48,870 nt of DNA, from the IMG/VR virus record IMGVR_UViG_3300038674_000465, positions 1 to 48,870 of that record; one strand, 5' to 3'. How positions within the stretch are numbered: the first letter of the stretch is position 1; every line of letters begins with the position of its first letter. Below are positions 9,158 to 19,575 of the stretch, one piece after another. Below the pieces are notes generated by a model. That model was not told the origin of the DNA, did not search any database, and saw only the letters and a program-made list of their open reading frames with translations. Position numbers and translations under genes: made by a program. The DNA comes from a virus (taxonomy: Duplodnaviria; Caudoviricetes).

Positions 9158-10957
9158 TTAACCTCTGAGTAGAATACCAACACCAATCTTGATAGAAGAT
9201 GCAGGTGCTGGATAACTGAACCAGACATCAATATTTCTTTCGCCAGCGTCAATAGAAGCTTGCGGATTGTTTATTGTATCAGCTTGAACTTGGAAGTGAT
9301 CTTCAGCTTTGGTATAAGATCCATCTGTATTAATGGATTGACCGAAAGTCTCTCCTTCAGGAACACTACCGGTAGATCCGACAGCCCAGAGATTATACAA
9401 GAACTGCAGGACTGCCATTTTGCTTTCTTTTATCCTGACCATTGTATTAGGTTCATTTTGTGTATCAGTAAGGGAATCTACAGTAGAAACTTTGATGAAA
9501 TCCCTCATCATGATACCATTACCAAACATGAATTCCTTCGTTGTAGAAGGAGTATACCATGATCTGAGGACAATACCACGACCAGAAAGATTCTGGATGA
9601 CATTGACACCTGCGGAACAAAGGTCCGTTCTATCTATTTCAGAAAGAATCTGATCACCTACAACATCCTCTACTCCATAGATCGGAAGATCCATTACCGC
9701 TGGTATGTAGTGGATTCCTTTTGTTCCAATGGACCTGATCCAAAGTCCCATAATAGCACCAACATTAGGAACTGCCCTATATGGTGCGTTATTTGCTGTA
9801 GCAAAAGGATCTTGGATGTACAACCATTGTGCCGGTATTCCACCAAGCACATCATCAGACCTTTGGTATTTATTGCCGATCGTAATGAGTTGAGCTTTGC
9901 TCTGATTTTCAGCTATGTTGAATATCGTCTTAGGAAGATCCCATCTTCCACGATTGTAAGTCTCTATAGCCTTCTGAATCGTAATGTCTGTTGATTCACA
10001 GTTAGCTATCATCCTTATAGGAAGATTATCAAAAGCCGTAAGATCAACAGCCCAATGAGAAGCTGTTGTAGGGCTTGTACCATCAGCCCCACTTGCCAGA
10101 TATGTAACGGTGGAAACATCTACTGGAAAGGAAAGCTGAAGAGCGGAAACACTAGCAAGGTCTGTTACCTTGATCCATTTGTTTTCAGCATGAACATTCT
10201 GAACGTAGAAATCAGTTACTTCAGATTCCATCGTACACCAGATTTCTCCAAGGTCTGTTTCTACTTCAGAAACGATTCCTTTAATGGATTTTCTGTAAGT
10301 CTTGATCTGAAATCCCATAACTTCTACTGTATCACCATCAGTAAAAGAAGAAGATCCAAAAGCATCAGCAAAATAGACCTTGTTGTCCGATTCAGAAATG
10401 CTGGTTATCTTTTTGTAGACATAAACTGGTCCGGTATGAGTACATTTTATGATGTCACCCACTCTGATGCCAGCTACTGAATCCAGTACAAGAAACAGAT
10501 CATTGGTGTTTGGTGCACCATCAAGAGCAGTAGAAAATCTTGCTCCATTTATAATTTTGTATCCGGTCCTATTACCAGAAATTGAATAATCCAATTCTGA
10601 TTTATAGGCTGAATCAATTCTTATTGTTGCAACAGAGCTTCCATCGAGAGGACTAGCAGTTGCATTTACTCCGTCATAAGCTGATCCTGTATGACCTACA
10701 TGTGATTTTACATAGAGCTTAGCATCAACTCCAACAACATTTTGCCAGAAGAGTTCTGCAGATTCATATCCATAATAAGAAGAATAGATATCCTCTCCAA
10801 ATATCTCTTTATGCTCATTCATGTTGTGAGTGAGGAAAGCTACTTTGTATTTCCTCTCAAATTTACCGATCAGTCCACCGATTAGAAAATCAGAAGCCTG
10901 AACAATCTTTGATTTTTTAGTTGGAAGAGATGATCCATAGATACCTTGTCTTCTCAT
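9158..10957 (-). CDS. contractile tail sheath protein
   Basis: LASGADG, VPNVGAIMGL, AGVNVI, FQVQADTINNPQASIDAG, YPAPA motifs. Confidence 0.9.
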   Translation of the reverse strand: MRRQGIYGSSLPTKKSKIVQASDFLIGGLIGKFERKYKVAFLTHNMNEHKEIFGEDIYSSYYGYESAELFWQNVVGVDAKLYVKSHVGHTGSAYDGVNATASPLDGSSVATIRIDSAYKSELDYSISGNRTGYKIINGARFSTALDGAPNTNDLFLVLDSVAGIRVGDIIKCTHTGPVYVYKKITSISESDNKVYFADAFGSSSFTDGDTVEVMGFQIKTYRKSIKGIVSEVETDLGEIWCTMESEVTDFYVQNVHAENKWIKVTDLASVSALQLSFPVDVSTVTYLASGADGTSPTTASHWAVDLTAFDNLPIRMIANCESTDITIQKAIETYNRGRWDLPKTIFNIAENQSKAQLITIGNKYQRSDDVLGGIPAQWLYIQDPFATANNAPYRAVPNVGAIMGLWIRSIGTKGIHYIPAVMDLPIYGVEDVVGDQILSEIDRTDLCSAGVNVIQNLSGRGIVLRSWYTPSTTKEFMFGNGIMMRDFIKVSTVDSLTDTQNEPNTMVRIKESKMAVLQFLYNLWAVGSTGSVPEGETFGQSINTDGSYTKAEDHFQVQADTINNPQASIDAGERNIDVWFSYPAPASSIKIGVGILLRG

Positions 10958-11187
10958 TAGTTAACCTCTTTGATTATAAATTTATCCTGCTGTTGTAAAA
11001 AATCGGGTGAGTTGATAACCGATTCACCAACAATCTGAGTTCCATTTGGTGGAAAGATGTAAACAGATTTTCTTATGTGAAGTTCATAAGTTCTGTTCAT
11101 TCTGGACGTAAGCTGATACTGTTTAGGTGCAGAAGCTTTGTATACTTTCTTTTCTATTGCTTCACTTGCTTTTACTTCATCTGCCAT
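10957..11187 (-). CDS. hypothetical protein (probable start MADEVK at 11187)
   Basis: GGAGG RBS at 11195-11199 favours the ATG at 11187 over the track start at 11211. Confidence 0.55.
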   Translation of the reverse strand: MADEVKASEAIEKKVYKASAPKQYQLTSRMNRTYELHIRKSVYIFPPNGTQIVGESVINSPDFLQQQDKFIIKEVN

Positions 11188-11207
11188 AATAATGCCTCCA
11201 TTTATAT

Positions 11208-12398
11208 TCATAAATAAACTGATACATTCACATCTGATGTGATACCAACAGATTCTCTATCATAAATTTCTTCTTTTACCACGATGTCTGCAATAAACTG
11301 TACTTTAGGAACTATATCAAAAGCTTCTGTAGGTTCAAGTTCTCTAGCTCGACCATTAAATTCCAAATCTACTTTACGACCGATGCAATAAAAGGACCTC
11401 TGACCAATGGTCCTCTTAACGATATTACCCATTACAGCTAGAAGCTCATCCTGTCGTGCTTCACAGTCTATAAGGAGTGAATATTTAATATAGTGTCCAT
11501 CAGTTCTTTCCATCACAGAGCCAGCAACATTCCAAGTGTCTATAATAGTATCAAGCTGTGAATCTAGGAAGATTTTTTCTGGTTCTAGACTCCAGAGTGT
11601 TATTGATGGAAGCTCTATTTCTGTTTGTCTGCGTCCGTAATTCACAGGAAAATAAAGATATACATTGGCATTAACATAACCATATTTCAGTTTTGATCCA
11701 TCACGAGTTGAATTGAAAGTAAATGATAGTCCATTCCTTTCTTGGATTGTATGATATTCAGTATGCATCACATCTTGACTGTCTTTACCGGTGATCATGA
11801 TGGTTGTATATCGATCTATCCAAGGAACATCACCACTAAAAACGATTGATGTATCATTAACAGAACCTGATATCTGACCAATTAAAAAATCATTAATTAT
11901 GGTTTGTGATATTAAATATTCCATCTTCTCTTTAACGCCAACAAAAATATCTAAAGGAAGATCATCTGTGGTTAAAAGTCCATAGCTTAGAACCAAGTAG
12001 TCAGTTGTATCTGTAAGGGCTGTGATTCGGATTTTATCCACTGATGATATCCCATTAGTACTAAAAACAACAGACCCAAAAGAATCAAAGCAAGGAAGAT
12101 AAAAGTCCTTATTAGTACCAAAAGAGATTTTGTAACTAAAATCGTCTTTTGTTCTGTACTCATTCTTTCGATGAGTACGACCCCACACCCATATAACGAT
12201 ATCGCTATAGCCATTAGTAGAAATAGGAGTTGAAAACAACTTTTCCGCATAAGATCCAATTCCATCAAATTTAAGTATCAAAGACCCACTAAGGTCTCCT
12301 GCTATTAAAGATTTATTATGATTAATGCCCACTATTTGGGCATCAGTTGAAGCAGTCCATCCTGTTGTAGATTCAAATAGTTCTAATGTCCGTTTCAT
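11208..12398 (-). CDS. tail terminator / neck protein with N-terminal extension
   Basis: Synteny before the sheath; C-terminal ELPSITLW...YSLLIDC pattern. Confidence 0.5.
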   Translation of the reverse strand: MKRTLELFESTTGWTASTDAQIVGINHNKSLIAGDLSGSLILKFDGIGSYAEKLFSTPISTNGYSDIVIWVWGRTHRKNEYRTKDDFSYKISFGTNKDFYLPCFDSFGSVVFSTNGISSVDKIRITALTDTTDYLVLSYGLLTTDDLPLDIFVGVKEKMEYLISQTIINDFLIGQISGSVNDTSIVFSGDVPWIDRYTTIMITGKDSQDVMHTEYHTIQERNGLSFTFNSTRDGSKLKYGYVNANVYLYFPVNYGRRQTEIELPSITLWSLEPEKIFLDSQLDTIIDTWNVAGSVMERTDGHYIKYSLLIDCEARQDELLAVMGNIVKRTIGQRSFYCIGRKVDLEFNGRARELEPTEAFDIVPKVQFIADIVVKEEIYDRESVGITSDVNVSVYL

Positions 12399-12988
12399 TT
12401 ATCCTCATATGAATCTATATCTTTCTTATGCGTGAAAAAGGACTTGATTTCCATTATGTAATCCCTGAGTTTCTTGGTTAGTCCCTTACCTGTGGTTTTT
12501 CCATCAGCTTTCCGTTTTGACATCCATCTATTGTATGATATTAAATATGCTGGTCTTGGTGGAATATTAATTATAGTGCCATTTTTTGTTGTTATCTTTG
12601 CTCCATACTCATGAATGGCAAATAACTTGTCTAATGTCACTTTGCCAGACCAATGTAAAGCTTTGGATGGTACTACTTTCCATCCATTTTTTATCTTCTG
12701 TAGCCTGAGCATGTTAGCATATGAATCTTTCGCCGATTGGCGATCATCTCCTTTACCAACTAAAGGATTTTCTGGCGAACCAAATCCCAACCTTATTTTA
12801 TTAATAACTGTCTGTTCCGCTAAAGGATACAATCCCAAGTCATTATTTATCAATCCATCATGAAAAGTATCTATAAGACCGACAGCATCTTCCTTAAGTG
12901 TAACTTCCATATAGCCATTGACTAATTTAGGAATATCTTTTATCCTCTTCATCTTATCTTCATACGATTTAGAAAAATGGATTGGCAT
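12395..12988 (-). CDS. neck / tail completion protein
   Basis: PLAEQTVINK, AIHEYGA, IPPRP motifs of virion morphogenesis proteins. Confidence 0.7.
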   Translation of the reverse strand: MPIHFSKSYEDKMKRIKDIPKLVNGYMEVTLKEDAVGLIDTFHDGLINNDLGLYPLAEQTVINKIRLGFGSPENPLVGKGDDRQSAKDSYANMLRLQKIKNGWKVVPSKALHWSGKVTLDKLFAIHEYGAKITTKNGTIINIPPRPAYLISYNRWMSKRKADGKTTGKGLTKKLRDYIMEIKSFFTHKKDIDSYEDK

Positions 12989-13410
12989 TATTTCTTCGTT
13001 AGTCCCAATACGACATATAAATATTTGTCTCCGATCTGACTGATGTTATTCTTTTCTTTTATGTTCCAAGTCTCATCATTCCAGATAACGGTCATTCTTA
13101 AGGTATCAATACTTTTTTCTGTCAATCCATTCATCAGCCAATCTTTATATGCACTATGCATCATGACATCAACTTTCTGTTTGATACCACCTTTGTTCAT
13201 CTGGTCCTGCGTGGGATTGCTTACTATAGGATAACATTTAAAGGTATAATCTACTATTGATGTAGATTGTTTTATACTATTATATTTATCTCTTGTTACT
13301 TCACTTTCAACACGGATCTGGAATTTAACATCATCCCCATATTCCTGCATGACATTCCGGATGTCAGTAAGGGCTTCACACTGTTCAAGCTGTACTCCAG
13401 CTGATGCCAT
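12988..13410 (-). CDS. head closure (stopper) protein
   Basis: Size and synteny after the adaptor. Confidence 0.55.
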   Translation of the reverse strand: MASAGVQLEQCEALTDIRNVMQEYGDDVKFQIRVESEVTRDKYNSIKQSTSIVDYTFKCYPIVSNPTQDQMNKGGIKQKVDVMMHSAYKDWLMNGLTEKSIDTLRMTVIWNDETWNIKEKNNISQIGDKYLYVVLGLTKK

Positions 13411-14249
13411 TATCCTACCACCCCTGTCATGTAATTAGACAATATGAAATGTGCTTGTCTGGCAAAATCGTTCCTTATTTCGGTAAATTTGCCCCTATTG
13501 CCAAAGGATCTGTTATATCCTTGAGTGCTCAAACCACCTCCACCAGTTCTGCTCCCAATGAAGCCCAAAATCTGTTCTGCTGTTAGAAATATGATAGCTT
13601 CCTTTATTATATCTGGACAGGTTGCATAACCATATGTATATGTGATCTTTAGATTGTAATCTCCCCTTGCAAATACTGGAAGATAATAGGCTTCTTCATA
13701 GTTTCTCTTTGCTTTGAGTATTCCTTCAGATGAAACCACTTCTATATTCTGTAGATTTAAGATCGTGAAGTTACTCCCACCAAGAACATACCTAATTTCA
13801 TCCAAAGAAACTATAGGTCTTCTATTCAGAATCATAAAATTCTTGCCATTGCCAGAGTAATATTCTGTTATCTGCTCTGTTGCACCCAACTTCTGTCTGA
13901 TAATCTGTTCTACAGAAGGAATAATGAAGTTGTTTAATCTTTTATAAATCCAGTCATCTGAAATCTGTGTATAGTAGGTTACTGTAAGACTAGCATCGCT
14001 ATCAGTTGTAGTAGCCGATAAATCCATTGTTATCTGTGAAGAAGAATCCACACTCTGTATAACTGCACCAGCTTGAATACCAGTACCTGAAATTTTCATA
14101 TAGGGCTTAAGATTACTGGTGTCAGCTATACCAGTTATGATGGCTGATCCATCTGTTATACTGCCAGTGATTGAAATGACTGCAGTCTCACTAATTTGGC
14201 AATAGTCTTCTAAGAAATCCCTAACTTCCTTAGCTGTCACACAACTCAT
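13410..14249 (-). CDS. head-tail adaptor with inserted beta domain
   Basis: LNRRPIVSL, NLKITYTYGY...PDIIKEA motifs typical of connector/adaptor proteins. Confidence 0.75.
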   Translation of the reverse strand: MSCVTAKEVRDFLEDYCQISETAVISITGSITDGSAIITGIADTSNLKPYMKISGTGIQAGAVIQSVDSSSQITMDLSATTTDSDASLTVTYYTQISDDWIYKRLNNFIIPSVEQIIRQKLGATEQITEYYSGNGKNFMILNRRPIVSLDEIRYVLGGSNFTILNLQNIEVVSSEGILKAKRNYEEAYYLPVFARGDYNLKITYTYGYATCPDIIKEAIIFLTAEQILGFIGSRTGGGGLSTQGYNRSFGNRGKFTEIRNDFARQAHFILSNYMTGVVG

Positions 14250-14252
14250 ATA

Positions 14253-14367
14253 TTATTCCTCTTCTTCATACCAAGTCCAGTTTGAGTATATATTCAAGAT
14301 CTGAACTAACAGATCCACCCGATCTAGATTGGCCTACCCCATTAGCCCCAGTAAGATCAGATCTCAT
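14253..14367 (-). pseudogene. possible gene remnant split across two frames
   Basis: ATGA-coupled 33-codon ORF 14367-14266 (MRSDLTGANGVGQSRSGGSVSSDLEYILKLDLV) overlaps a different frame ending NWTWYEEE-stop at 14253. Confidence 0.3.
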
Positions 14368-14714
14368 ATTAAATCCTCCGGATTCCTACTATACATGAAC
14401 ACAAATCCTTGCATCATAAGTTTAGCTTTCAGATCAACGTTATTAGTGGAAATAATTCCATCAACGATCTTAAGTTTGAATTCCTGTCCACCAAACTCTA
14501 TCATATAAGGACCTGTATAGCTTGTACCTAAACTATTGGATTTATCAGGGTGCATCAAGTAGTGAATTTCTTTTTTTGCTTCTATTTGAGGAATTAAAGA
14601 CTGGAAAATAACAGATGGAGTAGACTCCATTTTTCCATCTGCTGAATGTATGTTCTCGTGGAGGATTACCTCTTGATATTCAGCATCTGTTAGGAGTCTA
14701 CTCTTCCCTGTCAT
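14364..14714 (-). CDS. hypothetical protein
   Basis: ORF in operon context after the capsid gene. Confidence 0.6.
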   Translation of the reverse strand: MTGKSRLLTDAEYQEVILHENIHSADGKMESTPSVIFQSLIPQIEAKKEIHYLMHPDKSNSLGTSYTGPYMIEFGGQEFKLKIVDGIISTNNVDLKAKLMMQGFVFMYSRNPEDLI

Positions 14715-14724
14715 GTCAACAACC

Positions 14725-16152
14725 TTATGCTACTTTAAGTCCACGTATAACGGAAGAAGTCTTCTCAAAGCTGTCTGCCAGTGCACAATAACTCTTTATC
14801 ATGAAAGGCAGGTAGTCATCAGTTTTAGCAAGATCCTCTATTGTAACCAGACCATTGAATCTTGATCCACCTTCATTAGTATAAGCCAGACGACCCAGAC
14901 CCTGAAATTCATCAAGATCCCAGAAGAAGATATATTCGGGCGGAGATGTAAGGGATCCCGTCAGAGGTACGTCACTCTGAGAGCCTGTCGGTATTGCTAT
15001 ACTATCTGCTGTAAGCGGAGTAGCAAGTATTGTGATCACATTAACTGCACCAGTAGAATTAGAAGTTACCTGAGTATTGGTGTTGATCGTGTTAGTATCC
15101 GATACCGAAATAGTTCCATTTCCATCATAAGTGAAAGCAGGAACGATTCTCTTGAGAGTAAGAACTCCAGTTGTATCACCAGCATAAACCTTGTAGCGAT
15201 AAGCTCCAACTACAGGAGTGAAAGTGATAGTAATCTTGGCATCTCCACCAGAATCTACTACAACAGAAGCCTCTTCGCTTGCAAGCTGTTCTCCATCTCT
15301 CGTTACTGCAGAAACCCTGAAATAGTAGGTATCATCGGCAATCGTACCACCACCATCAACATCAGCCAGAGTAAGAGTGCCCATCTGTGTCTTAGGTCTG
15401 CAAGCTGAAGAAACAACAATTGGAATATCCCTATAAGCGTTAAGTCTCCATCCACCATTCATTTCAACGAATGTCATGGGATTACTTACTGTCAGTCTCA
15501 CGTTAGTGAGGAGCTGAGAGAACTTGGACAGCATGTAAGGTGACATGTAAATAGCTTTGTTATGAGCTGACCCCTGATAATCAAGATTCATATCAATAAG
15601 ATCATCCAGATCTTTAAGAGTAGTTGGTACAACTCCACCAACAGTCTTATTGATTCGGTTAGACTGAATAAAAGTATCCAGACCACTGAATTCATAAGGA
15701 TTTGATCCAGCATTACCATAAAGCAGGTAATTTTCAAGGTCATATACATGAGCAAGAAGATTAGCCTCTATATTAGTGGCTGCGGCATCTATATTCTTCT
15801 TACTTGCATCCTGCAGGAAGTCTGTAGTTGACCCCTTCCTTCTTACAACCTTCATGTAAACACCAGTTCTCTGGAAAGTTGGCTGAAATGTAGGAGTAGT
15901 TGCCCCTTCACCCATCGCACCACCAACCCCCGGTAATGCTGTAAGCCGATTGAACTCGTGGTATTTCTGGTTGTCGAATTTCGAAGTTATCATTGCCAGC
16001 GTAGGCGACAGTCTAGGCAATGCATTGGTGATAACTTGTTCAAGATGCTGTGGTACGAGAGCTTCACCTACTCCCGAAGCACTTGTGAGGGCTTTCTGTA
16101 TGAGAGATTTATTCTCCCCAGCAAGCCTGTTAAATTGTCTTATGAGATCCAT
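14725..16152 (-). CDS. major capsid protein with FN3/Ig-like insertion
   Basis: Follows protease and scaffold; KALTS...GEALVPQHLE, EFSGLDTFI; insertion TYYFRVSAV...YKVYAG; AAGGAG RBS. Confidence 0.9.
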   Translation of the reverse strand: MDLIRQFNRLAGENKSLIQKALTSASGVGEALVPQHLEQVITNALPRLSPTLAMITSKFDNQKYHEFNRLTALPGVGGAMGEGATTPTFQPTFQRTGVYMKVVRRKGSTTDFLQDASKKNIDAAATNIEANLLAHVYDLENYLLYGNAGSNPYEFSGLDTFIQSNRINKTVGGVVPTTLKDLDDLIDMNLDYQGSAHNKAIYMSPYMLSKFSQLLTNVRLTVSNPMTFVEMNGGWRLNAYRDIPIVVSSACRPKTQMGTLTLADVDGGGTIADDTYYFRVSAVTRDGEQLASEEASVVVDSGGDAKITITFTPVVGAYRYKVYAGDTTGVLTLKRIVPAFTYDGNGTISVSDTNTINTNTQVTSNSTGAVNVITILATPLTADSIAIPTGSQSDVPLTGSLTSPPEYIFFWDLDEFQGLGRLAYTNEGGSRFNGLVTIEDLAKTDDYLPFMIKSYCALADSFEKTSSVIRGLKVA

Positions 16153-16173
16153 ATTTTATCTTCTCCTTATTCT

Positions 16174-16893
16174 TTACTTGCTCTGCAGTTTGTTTACTCT
16201 GCGGGCATTATTGGCAAACATTGCTGTAAGGGCTTCTCCTTCATTATCTGTAAGAGATTTAACGATAGAATGTCCCTTGTTGCCAGATACCGGCTCTTCT
16301 TTCTTCTGTCCAAGAACGGACTGTATATACTCAAGAGATTTGGCAACTGCCTGAGGATCAACATCCATCGGTTTTGCCTTGTCCTGAGATTTTTGTACTT
16401 CGGTGGATGCTATGATGTTATCAGCAATTCCAAGCCCCTTGAGCAGGTTTTCATTGAAAGCCTTCTGCTCCTTAAGTTCCACTGCAAGAGATTTTACTAC
16501 CTTGAAGAGTTCCTTCATAGGATCTGCTTCCTTAGATTTGGCTACTCTTCCCTTCTTCTGAGAAGCCATTATCATAGCCAGAGCCTTTGCTACTTCGTTT
16601 ACGTTCTTGATGTTTTCTTCAGGCTGATCATCAATAAGTTTTTCTGCCTTATCATCACCAAGCTGAGTCCCGTTGTCAGATTTGGCAACTTCATCATCTT
16701 CGTCACCGAAGTCATCATCTTCTTCTCCATCCATTGCTTTCAGATACTTAAGGACTTTTTCAGCCATTTCAGGTGAGAATCCTTCCTCTCCACCTTCCGG
16801 AGCAGGTCCTTCTACCGATCCACCTGCCATCTGTTTTGCCTGTTCTACCAGACTAGTCATGTTGTTTAGAATTGCTTGAAGTTCAGCATCCAT
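16174..16893 (-). CDS. capsid scaffold protein
   Basis: Acidic, helical, multiple KS/KA sites; between protease and MCP. Confidence 0.7.
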   Translation of the reverse strand: MDAELQAILNNMTSLVEQAKQMAGGSVEGPAPEGGEEGFSPEMAEKVLKYLKAMDGEEDDDFGDEDDEVAKSDNGTQLGDDKAEKLIDDQPEENIKNVNEVAKALAMIMASQKKGRVAKSKEADPMKELFKVVKSLAVELKEQKAFNENLLKGLGIADNIIASTEVQKSQDKAKPMDVDPQAVAKSLEYIQSVLGQKKEEPVSGNKGHSIVKSLTDNEGEALTAMFANNARRVNKLQSK

Positions 16894-16907
16894 CTTGTTG
16901 TTCTCCT

Positions 16908-17918
16908 TTACTGGAATTTCTGTATCATTCGGTCTACATCTTTAATGAGACCCTTGATAACCTGTATTTTCTGTGATTCAGATGCTACAGGATTTTTGTT
17001 TTTACTCTTGTAAAGGTCCAAGATCTGAGCTTCTGTGTTTTCCCCTATGTTTCCATCAGAAGAGGCATTTCTTCCGCCTTCACTACCAAAAAGAGATGTA
17101 GAGCTTAAAATCAACTCTATCATTACATCTTTATATTCTGTAAATAAATTGTTAAGGGCTTCTTTTTTATCACTAACAGCATTACTTGACATGAGAGTGT
17201 CAATCTCAGATTCAAGTAGGTCTTGATATTGATACCTTCTCCTATAATATGCATTGAGTATGTCGTCAGCCTCCAGTTTTCCCTTGAACATTGAGCTAAA
17301 GGACTTCTGTAAATTCCAAGGTGTTATTTCATCCAGAGCCTTGTATATCGATTGTGCTATGGATGTCTGATATGCCGGTCTTGGAACAAGAACTACTCCA
17401 TCAAGTAGAACTGAATTAATAATCCTCTTCCCTGTAACATCCATCTTCAGGATTCCATCATCCGGAATAAAACCCTCTATCGAGAATCCATACTGTCTTG
17501 GATATTTATATGGTGGTAATCCTCCAATCTGCTTCCAAGCCTTATCAGCTTTTTCCAGAGTAGAAGGACCAACTCCATCCTCTGCATCATAGAGCCTATA
17601 TTCAGTCATCCAATCTCCATTAGAAAGGACTTCTGATTTTGTCAGTTTACCTATATCTTCTGTATAGTTAATTCCATGCTTATCTGCATAGAGTAGAATG
17701 TCACCCTTATTTGCCTGATCATGAAAGGAAGAAATAGCATCCTTTGTAATCTTCTCTCCATGTCCATCAACCTGACAACCCGATGTTATTCCCCTGAGAT
17801 AACGTCTTTTCTTCCCTCCATCCATTGCCTTTTCTACTGCATGCTGGGACTGTTCATACTCAAAGGGTTGGAATAGAAACGATATTCTTACTCCACCATC
17901 TGTTCTTTTGTCTGACAT
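16908..17918 (-). CDS. prohead protease
   Basis: LRGITSG..VDGHGEKI, catalytic-type H (DKHG) and S (GFSIEG), VVLVPRPAY. Confidence 0.85.
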   Translation of the reverse strand: MSDKRTDGGVRISFLFQPFEYEQSQHAVEKAMDGGKKRRYLRGITSGCQVDGHGEKITKDAISSFHDQANKGDILLYADKHGINYTEDIGKLTKSEVLSNGDWMTEYRLYDAEDGVGPSTLEKADKAWKQIGGLPPYKYPRQYGFSIEGFIPDDGILKMDVTGKRIINSVLLDGVVLVPRPAYQTSIAQSIYKALDEITPWNLQKSFSSMFKGKLEADDILNAYYRRRYQYQDLLESEIDTLMSSNAVSDKKEALNNLFTEYKDVMIELILSSTSLFGSEGGRNASSDGNIGENTEAQILDLYKSKNKNPVASESQKIQVIKGLIKDVDRMIQKFQ

Positions 17919-17921
17919 CTA

Positions 17922-18473
17922 TTATCTCCTTTTTATTATTTTATGATCTTTATATTTAAGCTCTACTGCCCAATCTGCTAATTCAGTATTTTTTAAATCA
18001 ACTAGATTAGCATTTATCCATATCTCCCTGACTTCATCTTTTGTCATTTTCTTAGGATGTTTTTCATAAGGTGATTCTTCCTCATCGCTAGAATATTCAT
18101 CATGTAATTGCTGTAAATCTGCCCTCATGTCTTCTACTTTTATATGCTTAAGGATTTCTTTTACTGATTTATCAGGATCATCGGAATACATCTCCCAATC
18201 TTCATCAACCTTATCCTGTGTTATAGTCTTCTTTTTAGATTTATCTGATTCTTCTTTCTTAGGAATAGATTTATCTCCTGCTGATGGAGATTCATCTTTT
18301 TTTGACTTAGGTCCTCCCTTAGGAATGGATTCCTTTTTCCCACCGGCACTAGTTGGCATCCATTTGCCACCCTTATATTCAAAGGGCTTACCAAAGATCA
18401 TCCTTTTATCACCCTCATTTGCTTTAAACAACATATTTTCTATTCGGCTTAGAGATTTTTCAATTTTATTCAT
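17922..18473 (-). CDS. putative internal head protein
   Basis: N-terminal IEKS/LFKA sites, then a motif shared with the MuF protein; adjacent to the protease. Confidence 0.55.
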   Translation of the reverse strand: MNKIEKSLSRIENMLFKANEGDKRMIFGKPFEYKGGKWMPTSAGGKKESIPKGGPKSKKDESPSAGDKSIPKKEESDKSKKKTITQDKVDEDWEMYSDDPDKSVKEILKHIKVEDMRADLQQLHDEYSSDEEESPYEKHPKKMTKDEVREIWINANLVDLKNTELADWAVELKYKDHKIIKRR

Positions 18474-18510
18474 ATTATTTCCCCCACATTAACTAAATAA
18501 ATTGTCAACT

Positions 18511-18711
18511 TTACTGCTTAACTGGTATTATCATAGGAAGGAATGTTTTGTACTTAATCATAGGATAGAACACTGATGGTCTGAAATATTTACATTTTCT
18601 TTTATATGTCTTCATCCCTGAATCTTTAATTATACATTTCTTGGTAAACTTATTTCTAAACTTACATTCTCCACAAAGAGAATCATCATTAGGTCCTATT
18701 CTCCTGCTCAT
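18511..18711 (-). CDS. small Cys-rich hypothetical protein
   Basis: CGEC...C...C; operon context. Confidence 0.5.
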   Translation of the reverse strand: MSRRIGPNDDSLCGECKFRNKFTKKCIIKDSGMKTYKRKCKYFRPSVFYPMIKYKTFLPMIIPVKQ

Positions 18712-18900
18712 TTAATCCTTCCAATAATTATCATCTTCCATTCCCCACTGGTTATCATCTATTTCTTCCATCAGTTCTGATATCAATTTACTAGCGTCTG
18801 CTTTTGTTTCTACATCTGGTACTTCTCTATCCAAAGTTCCACAAAGATTATTTATTGCACGTAATTGCTTATCTGTGGGTTCTTCCTTTAACCAACTCAT
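18712..18900 (-). CDS. hypothetical protein
   Basis: PTDKQLRAI...TKADASKLISEL, a common small phage domain pattern. Confidence 0.65.
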   Translation of the reverse strand: MSWLKEEPTDKQLRAINNLCGTLDREVPDVETKADASKLISELMEEIDDNQWGMEDDNYWKD

Positions 18901-19154
18901 TTTATCCCTGCCTTTTTTTTGATGGCATTAAACCCCATCACAACTATTTGCATTTCAACGTTATCTGGCATTGCTCCATTATTTCTCCATCTATGGAGAA
19001 TTTCTTCAGCTTCTTCCCATATTGGGCGGGTGATGTAACCGGATCGTTTTAGATTTTGAATAAAATCGTTTTCGTCTGCGATACAATAAAGGTCATCTTG
19101 ACATCCGACTCTATACACGTCTCTCGCTTCTTCTTCCGTCATCTGTAGTTTCAT
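18897..19154 (-). CDS. hypothetical protein
   Basis: ATGA-coupled ORF. Confidence 0.6.
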   Translation of the reverse strand: MKLQMTEEEARDVYRVGCQDDLYCIADENDFIQNLKRSGYITRPIWEEAEEILHRWRNNGAMPDNVEMQIVVMGFNAIKKKAGIK

Positions 19155-19315
19155 TCCTTCACCTCTTTGTAGATTATGGATTTTTTATCTGATCGTTCGT
19201 GATCTACGCAAAATCTTTTTGTGTCAAAGCAATTATCATACCGGAAGAAACAATCTACACACTTTCCTTCCACCACTTCCAGCGTAATGCGTGAGCCTAT
19301 TGGAAGTTCTTTCAT
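19151..19315 (-). CDS. small Cys-rich hypothetical protein (probable start MKELPIG)
   Basis: ATGA overlap with the upstream stop at 19312-19314 makes 19315 the likely start; CVDC...C...C. Confidence 0.6.
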   Translation of the reverse strand: MKELPIGSRITLEVVEGKCVDCFFRYDNCFDTKRFCVDHERSDKKSIIYKEVKE

Positions 19316-19575
19316 TTCGGAGCCTCCGGTAATGGCATCCAGTGAGTAACCTGAAAAGGAATGTGACTTGGGCTGTCTATCAACTCCCAATAAGCCGATC
19401 TGGGCATAGAACAATACTCATTCGCTGGCTCATAAGGATAAAATTCTGCTTTTTCTACATGTTGAAAAAATCCGTCATATCCTCCGAAGGTTTTACAAAC
19501 AACTAAGAATTGAGTAAAGATTCCGATCTCTTCTTCACTTGGCAATCTGTCTTCAACGCTTATCCATTCCATCAT
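19312..19575 (-). CDS. DUF551-family protein
   Basis: MEWISVEDRLP...VTHWMPLPEAP signature. Confidence 0.9.
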   Translation of the reverse strand: MMEWISVEDRLPSEEEIGIFTQFLVVCKTFGGYDGFFQHVEKAEFYPYEPANEYCSMPRSAYWELIDSPSHIPFQVTHWMPLPEAPK

